The notes beneath the pieces are model-generated. The model had not been told where the DNA came from. It saw nothing but the letters and a program-made list of their open reading frames with translations, and ran no database searches. Below are positions 53,439 to 64,000 of a stretch of 64,000 bases of DNA, in pieces. Source of the stretch: Octopus vulgaris (lineage: Eukaryota). Made by a program: the position numbers and the translations under genes. Position 1 is the stretch's first letter. Each line of letters opens with the position of its first letter. Location of the stretch: the NCBI GenBank assembly GCA_951406725.2, contig OX597822.1, positions 30,380,001 through 30,444,000 on the forward strand. Direction: 5' to 3'.

Positions 53439-53820
53439 GGAGGCGCAATGGCCCAGTGGTTAGGGCAGCGGACTCGCGGTCATAGGATCGCGGTTTCGAT
53501 TCCCAGACCGGGCGTTGTGAGTGTTTATTGAGCGAAAACACCTAAAGCTCCACGAGGCTCCGGCAGGGGATGGTGGTGATCCCTGCTGTACTCTTTCACC
53601 ACAACTTTCTCTCACTCTTACTTCCTGTTTCTGTTGTACCTGTATTTCAAAGGGCCGGCCTTGTCACTCTCTGTGTCACGCTGAATATTCCCGAGAACTA
53701 CGTTAAGGGTACACGTGTCTGTGGAGTGCTCAGCCACTTACACGTTAATTTCACGAGCAGGCTGTTCCGTTGATTCGCATCAACCGGAACCCTCGTCGTC
53801 GTAACCGACGGAGTGCTTCC
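53439..53820 (+). mobile_element. SINE type A, full length, inside (ATT)n
   Basis: Near-identical to 7309-7690. Confidence 0.93.
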
Positions 53821-53823
53821 ATC

Positions 53824-53881
<58 letters not shown>

Positions 53882-53894
53882 TTCCATGTAACAG

Positions 53895-54048
53895 GCATTG
53901 TTCTTGACTGGATTTCATCAAACCTCTACTGGACTGACAGCCTATATCGAACTATAAATGTGGCACGAGCAGATGGCATGTACCAACAGGTTCTGATTGA
54001 TTCGGATTTAGAGAATCCTATTGGAATTGCTGTACATCCTGGTAAAAG
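53895..54048 (+). CDS. LRP-like protein, visible exon 6
   Basis: acAG/GTAAGT; [27 protein letters not shown]; phase 1 in, phase 2 out. Confidence 0.96.
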
Positions 54049-54488
54049 GTAAGTGAAACATACATCCATACCAGTAAACACCATTAGAGACAGTTTGCAG
54101 TTACTGAATAAGATTAGTGTAATGACTTTAAAATAAGTGAAAGGAAACAAGGTATCATTACATTTTTAAGTGATTGTCTTTATTTAGTTACTTTACATAG
54201 TGAGTTCAAATCTAAACGTGTTAGCTCACTTTTGCTTTTCATGTTTCTGGGAGTCTCGAGGAATAAGATAACAATCAAGTACTCCTATTAATTCGATGTT
54301 TTCGATTTTACCATTCTTCAAAATTGAAGGTAGGTCTTAGAGCGTCGAACGAGATGCATTGAAATATTTGTTCCGTCAGGTCAGGTCCTAAGTTCAAATC
54401 TCGTCGTGACCTACTTGAATGGTAGATTTAATCTGTAATCTTATTTTATCATCCTCATCTCGTCCGTGGGTGTCTTAGCCACTTTCTA

Positions 54489-54541
<53 letters not shown>

Positions 54542-55200
54542 ACTGTTTCGGAAGCCCTTCAGCGTATTATGGACGTCGCCCCTTTCCCCCCAGCCTAAAA
54601 CTCACAAAAATTATTTTAAAGTCATATTCTGTAGGAGGTTTAAACTTCACACTACAAGTAGATGCTTTTGTCCATATATGGCATCATAAAGAAATTACTG
54701 ACGCGTATATCTTTTAGATCCTAATTAAAGAATGGTGAAGATTTAAAGAAATGTCTTGATGACAGATTTTTATACTTTTGAAAGAAAGAATTTAAAACCT
54801 AATAATTATGGCTCTGCTTTTGCTGAGCAGGGAAGAAGTAATTCCTAGCAGAGAAACCTGGACGAAATGCTGGCAACAGAATAAATTTCGTTAAAGGTTC
54901 AACTGCGAGAAGTGAAGAGGATTACAAATTAATTCCAACACTCAAATGATGACTGAATCAAAAAGAAAGCTGCTTGGATCATCGATCGTTTATTTACCTC
55001 TTTGATAGTGACGAGAAATCGAAACTGTAAAAATCAGAAATTATGTTTCCATTCACGAGACAGAGTAGGAAGGTCTATCGGACTCTTGGTTTCTAATATA
55101 ATATATTATTTGAAGAAATTCTTCAAATTTTAGGAATATAGTTATGCATTACATGTTGAATGAGTCATCAATTTATTTTACATATCGATCTATATTGCAG

Positions 55201-55335
55201 CAAGTTATTTTGGACAGATGCTGGAAAGAAACCTAAAGTGGAATGGTCTTACCTTGACGGTTCAGGGCGGTCATTGATAACAAACCAAGATCTTGGCTCT
55301 CCATCTCACATCCACATTGACTTTATGAAAGACAT
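55201..55335 (+). CDS. LRP-like protein, visible exon 7
   Basis: ttgcAG/GTAAGT; KLFWTDAGKKPKVEWSYLDGSGR..DLGSPSHIHID; phase 2-2. Confidence 0.95.
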
Positions 55336-55537
55336 GTAAGTAGACCTAAAACAAATAAACCGTCAACAAATAGACTTATCAACGGTTGACCGACCCAAAC
55401 AACTACGGAAACAAACACGATTCATACATCTGTTTTAACAAACATTCAAAATTACAATATTAACTACATATTGATATTTTCATTATACACACACACACGT
55501 GTGTGTGTGTGTGTATGTGTGAACACACAGACACGCA

Positions 55538-55585
<48 letters not shown>

Positions 55586-55636
55586 CATATACTTACATAC
55601 ACGCACATATATAATTATACCATTGTATATATATAC

Positions 55637-55699
<63 letters not shown>

Positions 55700-55744
55700 G
55701 AAATGTATATATAATGCATATATGTATATATACATATATACAAA

Positions 55745-56262
55745 TACAACTTAGATGACTTAGATTGGTCTCGGCCATTATCGGCCCAGACCATGACTTA
55801 CTCAATAGCACCACCTGGAAAAGTCTTTTAGTTAATCATTCAGGATACCATGGGCCACTAAAGCAGAGAGTTGTTGTTGGTTGTGACGTATCCAGGTGTA
55901 GGTGGTTTATCCGGTATTTCCTAGAGGAATTTGTCCAGGTACCGTTTGAAAGTTGTAAGGTCATTTTCTACTTTAATTTCTTTGGGGATAACATTGAAAA
56001 GTACAGGACCATTTGCAGTGAAGAAATTGTGTCGCAATGTTCTTATATGATGTGATCTTGCATTTTGTAGAGGACGCATTGCACGGGAGCTTAGTCTTGG
56101 GTGAACTGTAAACATAATGCCGATATCATATGGATAATATTGGTAGAATATTTTCCACATGGTCCAAATAATATATCGCTCAAGGTGACGTTGCAGAGAA
56201 TAGAACTTCAGCTGTTTAAGGCGAGCCCAATAATCAAGTCCAATCATGCCATTAATTTTTTT
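55745..56262 (-). mobile_element. CR1-like LINE 3' end (family of 13738-15775)
   Basis: LDYWARLKQLKFYSLQRHLERYII..GPVLFNVIPK..FKRYLDKFL; tail CCAGGTGGTGCTATTGAGTAAGTCATGGTC..GGCCGAGAC. Confidence 0.88.
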
Positions 56263-56301
56263 TTCTGATTGATATATATGTATCTATATATGTATATATG
56301 C

Positions 56302-56370
<69 letters not shown>

Positions 56371-56573
56371 TGTGTGTGTGTATGTGTGTGTGTGTGTGAT
56401 TACACATTAGTAATTGAATAGGTATTTATTATTAGCATTTCTGTAATTGACAGACTTGAAAGGTTGTGAAAACATTACAACAAATATATCCGAAGAACAA
56501 TTAGATATGTTTTGAAATATAAAATCCATTAAACTTCTTTTTCTTGACATATTTCTTCTTTTATTCTTTCCAG

Positions 56574-56700
56574 TTTATACTGGGCCGATTCTGCTTTGGG
56601 AAACGTGAAAGAATACAATTTCTCAACAGAAACCATTACAGTTTTGGTTCCAAAGAATAGTGGAATCCAAGGATCGATATACGGCATCAGCATATTCCAG
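56574..56700 (+). CDS. LRP-like protein, visible exon 8
   Basis: Long pyrimidine tract, cAG/GTTAGT; LYWADSALGNVKEY..IYGISIFQ; phase 2 in, phase 0 out. Confidence 0.95.
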
Positions 56701-56795
56701 GTTAGTGGATTTCAAAATTTGTGGTTTTACTATATTGTTAGTTTTTCTAATAAGGCCTTATAGCTTGATAATTTGAAATCCCAGTAATACAGGGG

Positions 56796-56892
<97 letters not shown>

Positions 56893-56959
56893 TGTGTGTG
56901 TGTACCGTTGGCGATTTTTTTCCTCTGTCTTCCCTTCTCTGGATCTTTCCTTCTCCTAT

Positions 56960-56994
56960 GTTTCCGACGAAGAGCTCCGCTCGAAACGTTAAAC
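56960..56994 (+). ncRNA. Minimal hammerhead-like motif (core variant CCGACGA)
   Basis: GTTT-CCGACGA-AGAGCTCCGCTC-GAAA-CG-TT-AAAC; related decayed copies on the minus strand near 25590 and 38650. Confidence 0.55.
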
Positions 56995-57236
56995 CCTCCT
57001 TCTTTTCTTCTTTCCTGAGCGTCCAATAATACTATATTTGTTCCACGTCCTCACGTTGTTGTGTTTTTTTTGTGCTACACCTTATAGAAGTTGGGGAACC
57101 GATTATAGCAGTCATTCGATCAATTCCTAGCAATGTCTGAAGAAGGAATTTTTATATTCCCAAATATTAAAACAGGCTATGAATTATTAAATTATAACAG
57201 TTATTATAGTCCAATCTGCATTGTTGTGCCATTCAA

Positions 57237-57300
<64 letters not shown>

Positions 57301-57643
57301 AACTACAAGGCTTGCCCTTTGAAATACAGTATTACTCATTTTTGGGAACTGAGTGGACAGTAGCAACGTGAAATAAAGTTATTGCTGAAAGAAACAAAGT
57401 ACCACCGGGAATTGAGCTCACGATCTTAGAACTGCGAGCTGAATATCTAACCATTAAGCCACGCGCCTTCACAGAAGCACCACACCACCTTCAGCAAGTA
57501 CTTGCATTTCAACGGGCCAGCCCTGTCACCTTCTAAGAAGTACGTTAAGGCTGTTTCGTTCATCAGATCACATGTACCCCCACGTCGTCGTAACTTACGA
57601 TGCGTTGCTTTATATATATCTGTATATATATAAAGCAAGATGT

Positions 57644-57700
<57 letters not shown>

Positions 57701-57791
57701 TGATTGTAGTTTATGCACATCTACAAATTAGCACGCATGTCGCTCATTATTTTGTAAACAATGTTTCAAAACTGTTCATGTTTTCGAAAGG

Positions 57792-58022
57792 AGCGAGCTG
57801 GCAGAAACGTTAGCACGCCGAGCGAAATGCTTACCAGTATTTCGTCTGCCGTTACGTTGTGAGTTCAAATTCCGCCAAGGTCGACTTTACCTTTCATCCT
57901 TTCGGGGTCGATAAATTAAGTACCAGTTATGCACTGGGGTTGATGTAATCGACTTAATACCTATGTCTGTCCGTGTTTGTCCCCTCTATGTTTAGTCCCT
58001 TGTGGGTAATAAAGAAATAGGT
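57792..58022 (+). mobile_element. SINE type C
   Basis: Colinear with 41688-41915. Confidence 0.9.
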
Positions 58023-58770
58023 ATGACTTTCACATCTTTGCGGGAGAAGGTAGGCTTCTCTATTCCTGTTACAAAACTTACTTCCGGTTGCCAAATTTGC
58101 TTCAATTGATGGTATTACTAGGGTAGGAGGTGGTGGTGGGACAGTGGCAGGGGCAAAGGCGTGCAAAAACATGTATGCAATAGGTGTATGTACGTATATG
58201 TTTGTGTGTGTGTATGTTGCCCATATATATAAACTTAGTTGTGATCTGAACATAACCGCTTTTCACACAGAAGATCGGGGGCCCTTTTGGGCGTTCTATT
58301 TTCATTGCTGGAAGGGTTCTCAACCCATGGGCAAAGTGGGGTTACATGAAAAAAAAAAAACAAAAAAAAAACAATCGATGAGTGGAAAAAATCGAGAAAC
58401 CGATTCCTTATGGGATTTCCCAATCAAATTGTCAGCAAAATTGCAGCCAAAAGTTTACCAATTTCAACGGATTTCACTCAAATTTGATGTCGATGTTACT
58501 TAGTTTGCTTTGAAATAAAGAGTTTCATTAGCTTAATAATCCTAACTTAATCCCAAGCAAAGCCGGGCTATACTGCTAGTAAGAAATAAGGATTTATTGC
58601 TTATGTATGTATCACAATTACTGTGACCCATAATGGTAAAACGCGTGTAGAAACTATACAATATAAACTTGTGTCTATTATTATTTCTCCTACATATGCT
58701 CCGTAATTCATAGAAGTTACTTAAAACTATACAGTTACAATAACACTAGCAGTTGCACGTTTATTTATAC

Positions 58771-59225
<455 letters not shown>

Positions 59226-59374
59226 AAAACAAACAAATACATACATATACATACATACATATATATATGTGTGCATGTAAACACATATATAGGTTTATAT
59301 GTGTATTTTTATTTATGTATGCATATATATGTGTGTGTGTGTTTGTGTATGTGTGTGTGTATATTTATGTACAC

Positions 59375-59428
<54 letters not shown>

Positions 59429-59900
59429 CCATCTATCCATCTATCTATCTATCTATCTATCTATTTATCTATCTATCTATACATACATACATAGATGCTT
59501 GATCCAGTAACTCGTGCGTATCCTTAAAAGTTTTTAAGGAGAAAATACACGTTGCATCATCCCTCTCCTTAAACACTCAGATATATGTAAAGAAAACTGG
59601 CCCCACCATTGATTAATATCTTGATAGGTATAATTTTTGGCCTAAGTCAAAGTAATTCATTGTACATTAATTTTGCTGGTTAGCCTTATGGTCAGCTTTA
59701 ATCGATTAGACCAATATCCAAGAACTACTTCCTCCTCTTGCAAACAGTAGGCTCTGATTTTTAAGGGAAGTATTTGAGTACTATTTCTCGCAAGTCGAAG
59801 CATAGTGTCGATGCTCCCACGCCGGCTTATATTTCAAGACATTTATCGCAAGTGTGTGAGGTATATATGAATATATTAACACATGTATCCTTCATTATAG

Positions 59901-60057
59901 GATTACCTTATATGGACAGATTACACAACCTCAAGGAACGGTATTCATGTAGCACGGCTCGATAGTCTGGATAAAGTTCGCGACATAATGCATCCTGAGT
60001 TTGGTAGAGCTCGTGACCTCCTGACCTTTGATGCTTCAAACCAGCCAGACTTTGAAA
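59901..60057 (+). CDS. LRP-like protein, visible exon 9 (last blade of propeller 2)
   Basis: atAG/GTAGGT; DYLIWTDY..ARDLLTFDASNQP; phase 0 in, phase 1 out; the next EGF exon is expected beyond the window. Confidence 0.93.
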
Positions 60058-61027
60058 GTAGGTAGTATATGTTTGTTCTTGTGGTTCATATTTGCTATTT
60101 AGTAAATGTCAAGAGAGAGGAATGGCCGTGGTGGCGATGACTTTTCAAAGAATTGTTTTGGAATTGGTCTAATTTGAACTTTTAAAGAAGATTTTCATTT
60201 CATAACCTTTAAGAAAGGTTTGTTTCTTATTTCTAAATTTAATATCAGAATATGTATACACTAGTGTACTTCGAAAGAAGACAAGTGGTTTTAGTCCACT
60301 GAAGTAGCTGCTGCACATTAAGGGCAAAATCAAAGGGATACCAAACTTAGAGACTTTTTCAACTTATACCAGTAAGATCCCTTTCAAGAATATTGGTTTA
60401 CTATCACATTCTAGCTGATTATATATAGAAGTAAGCAATGAAGTCGAAAATACATGGTGTTTCACTTCATGGCCAGCTTGACCTATGTATTGAAAGTGCC
60501 AATGGAAAAGTGTATTCTGTACATGTCAGGCAACATGAATGCTTCTTTTTACGACTCCTCTCCAAAATGTACGAGTTTCAAATTCAATTCAAGACCTTGA
60601 ATACTCAATGGCGTTGATTATTAACTTCTCTAGAAAAACGTGATTTATACACATGTTACAATTTGGCTTCAATGTAGGAGAGTAATCACCATTAAGTTAT
60701 GCAGTTCCAACTAGGAAAATTGCATCATCAGTAATGAAGCTTTCTGGTGCTTTTCTGACTTCCGTTTTCATTAAAAAAACTCCAGCATTCAAAAGATTTT
60801 CAGTCGTTTGGAAAATGACGCATGGGTTTATTTGTGCTCAAGTCTGGAGAATGATGCCCAGTGGGATGCAATAGTCTGAAGATTTTGTGACTCAAAAAGC
60901 CAAGGGTTTTAGAGCTCTTTTTGCTAATTTGTTAAAATGTTATGAACCATCCAAATGTGCTTCCGTTTTCGCTCTTTTAAAAATTATTAGTGGAATAACT
61001 GATTAATCTATGTGCGTATGTTGGTGT

Positions 61028-61089
<62 letters not shown>

Positions 61090-61161
61090 GGAGTAAACAC
61101 ATAAATGTGAAACAAGGTGGAAAAAAAGAGTACTCAAATACCAGTGGTAGAGTAATGTGCT

Positions 61162-61322
61162 TTATTTAAAGCAGCAGAAAATTCAACAAAATCTGTTACT
61201 CTGAGTTTCTCGTTGCCGTTCATCAGACAGTTTTTGTTAGAATCTAACAAAAACTGTCTGATGAACGGCAACGAGAAACTCAGAGTAACAGATTTTGTTG
61301 AATTTTCTGCTGCTTTAAATAA
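61162..61322. repeat. Near-perfect palindrome with arms of about 80 bp, each carrying a hammerhead-like motif
   Basis: TTATTTAAAGCAGCAG...TTTTTGTTAGA-A-TCTAACAAAAA...CTGCTGCTTTAAATAA; the right arm contains CTGT-CTGATGA-ACGGCAACGA-GAAA-CTCAGAG-TA-ACAG. Confidence 0.92.
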
Positions 61323-61514
61323 TATATATATATATATATATATATACAAAATTTAGAGGACTGAACACTAAAAGTGGACAGCCTATACCCTAGATATAGA
61401 CGTCAAAATCGCTATTTTCCACGAATAATGTGTTCTCAAGAAAAAACTCAGCAAAAAACCAAAGTGTAAAAATAAGCAACTCAAAAGAAAATATACGAAA
61501 TAAAAAACGATTAC

Positions 61515-61589
61515 CTATGTACTAATTAGTTTCACTTGTTAATATTTACGTATATGGATACGCAAACATCTGCAAGATCATCAGCATTG
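61515..61589 (-). ncRNA. Type I hammerhead ribozyme motif with long stem II
   Basis: Minus strand CAATG-CTGATGA-TCTTGCAGATGTTTGCGTATCCATATACGTAAATATTAACAAGT-GAAA-CTAATTAG-TA-CATAG. Confidence 0.78.
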
Positions 61590-61709
61590 TCTGTCGTTTA
61601 CAAAATACAATTTCCAGAACTAGATACAGAATGCTCAACCGAAATCCAGCATGTATAAAGTTCTACAAATTATATTTATGTGTATCTTTCAATTGCCTTT
61701 ACAGCAAAT

Positions 61710-61778
<69 letters not shown>

Positions 61779-62092
61779 GTGCAAGAACGACTGTGTGGTT
61801 GAGAAGTTTACACAATGTTTTTGTATGTGCGCATCCATCCACATATGATGTCAATGCTCTTAAATTTTAATTTTTTCTTCTTGCCATAAGAAATATAAAT
61901 ATGAGTAATATCCACCCCCTTAAGTGTCATGTCCCCTACACTATTCATAGTTCTGAACTTTTTCTTTTCTCTTAAATTATCTACTACGGCTTTCGATACA
62001 TATAACTTTTCTATAACGCTCCAGTAGCGGATGAAGTAAGTAAATACCCACTCATCTTCATATTTTTATTTATTATTTTTTAAAAATTATAT

Positions 62093-62226
62093 AGTGGCTG
62101 TATGGTAAGTAGCTTGCTTACCAGCCACATGGTTCCGGGTTCAGTCCCATTGTGTGGCACTATAGTCTCGGGCTGACCAAAGCCTTGTGAGTGTATTTGG
62201 TAGACGGAAACTGAAAGAAGCCCGTC

Positions 62227-62268
<42 letters not shown>

Positions 62269-62495
62269 GTGTGTGTGTGTGCATGTTTGTGTGTCTGTGT
62301 TCGTCCTCCCAACATCGCTTGACAACCGATGCTGGTGTGTTTACGTCCTCGTAACTTAACGGTTACGATAGAATAAGTACCTGGCTTACAAAGAATAAGT
62401 CCTGGGGTCGATTTGCTCGACTATAGGCAGTGCTCCAGCATGGCCACAGTCAAATGACTGAAACAAGTAAAAGAGTAAAATGAGTAAAAGAGTAA
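62093..62495 (+). mobile_element. SINE type B
   Basis: Family head and tail. Confidence 0.9.
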
Positions 62496-63179
62496 CTGTC
62501 TTTTAGTAACTACCTTATAAAATATCCTTCTACAAATTTAACTACATTCCGTAATATTACACTTATCTTCTATAAAAATTTTACACGTTATTTACATGAA
62601 ACATTGTTATTGTAAAGTTTATAATTTATATACCACCAACTATTCATAATTGCTATTAAACATTTTTAAAAACTGATATCTAAGCCGTATTGATTATTGA
62701 CGGTTAAATATAAATATTTAGTACCCAGTATTTAAAATTCCATACTCCCTTATCTGGTTAGTCTTTTTCCATTAAATACAACCCTCCTATTTTTTTTTAC
62801 TTCATATATGGGATTTTAAAATCACCTCCTTTATACTTATCTATTGAAAGAATGTAACCCTTATTAATTTTTTATATATAACAGCACCCAACTGAGACCC
62901 TTTAGTTTTGTTTTAAATAGACATGACTCCAAGAACAATTACACATTACGAACACCATACCCATGTAATTCTAACGTTTTGTTAGCTTTTTTGTTTTCCT
63001 TAATTTTTGCTACTGACGAATACTTTTTGACAACCCAGATTCTTAAAATGAATTTATTGTCTTTCTGTATGAAACAATCCTATTGCAACGGAATAAAAAT
63101 AATTTCAATCCATATTAACATCTAATCTCCTCCATTTACGAAACATATGATCGACTTTGTTGAACTTTGTTTTAAAAGT

Positions 63180-64000
63180 TAAGTCATATGCTTAATATAC
63201 GCTGTATTCAGTCAAACCAACAACTTAATAGTAGTTGGGCTCTACAGACCACCCCAAACTTCAAGGAATGCCTCAATAACATAAAGTGTTTCATTCAGCA
63301 GTATCAATCTGACAACATCTTAATGATGGTGGACTTCAATCTCCCTGGAGTTGACTGGTCTACAAACAGTCTGCCGCCAGGTTCTTCTGTCTCAACCCCT
63401 GACAGGGAGGCAGTTGAATTGCTTCATGATTTCATGGATGATTTCTTCCTGTCCCAACTGGTGGTCGAACCAACGAGATGTCACAAAAACGTCCTAGACT
63501 TAATTTTCAGCAATCACACTGACACTATCCACAATATTGCAGTGGAGAAAACTCTACTCTCTGATCATGACATGGTTCTCTGTGATCTGAGATTTCACCG
63601 GCCAAAATGCAAAACAAACGTCATCCCTCTTGTCCATCCATTTGACACTATGGATTTCCACAACGCAAACTGGGAAGCGATCAGTAATGATCTTGCACAA
63701 GCCGATTGGTCCTTCACGCACACATACACACCCACTAACATCAAAAACATCAAAAAGTCCTGGCAGTCATTTGTAGACACCATTACGAACATATGTGCAA
63801 AACACACCCCATTAAGATCTGCAAACAAATCTAAGTGCAGAATCCCTAGAAATAGAAAAGCTCTCATCAGGAAAATTAAAAGAATTAACAAAAAAATCAA
63901 CAAGCTGAAATACTGTCAACAGCAACATACCAACCTGATTGCCATCACGTCACTAGAGATTAAAAACATAACCTCCAAAACAACATGGTGTTTATCATCA
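63180..64000 (+). mobile_element. CR1-like LINE ORF2, APE endonuclease region, running off the window
   Basis: VVGLYRPP, DFNLPGVDW, FLSQLVVEPTR, LDLIFSN, LSDHD; downstream IRKIKRINKKI matches 15550-15775. Confidence 0.9.

Overview
AT-rich, microsatellite-dense animal genomic DNA. The SINE repertoire points to a cephalopod, most likely Octopus (inference). One host gene is visible on the + strand: nine phase-consistent GT-AG exons between 28215 and 60057 (1821 nt, about 607 aa) encode YWTD beta-propeller, EGF, YWTD beta-propeller, i.e. a divergent LDL-receptor-related (LRP-like) protein that is incomplete at both ends. The rest is intron or intergenic sequence packed with three tRNA-headed SINE types; RTE, CR1-like, R4/Dong-like and Penelope-like retroelement fragments; a mariner derivative; a GG-ended MITE with an 8-bp TSD; and simple repeats. 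The strongest unexplained signal is a dense set of type I hammerhead ribozyme motifs (CUGANGA...GAAA...UH) from several unrelated short repeat families. Most have a self-complementary stem III. They occur in long inverted dimers, in 440-465-bp monomers with partial tandem repeats, and in a three-copy element that joins a tRNA-like Pol III promoter to a hammerhead. All folds and alignments were done by eye, and most repeat boundaries are approximate.
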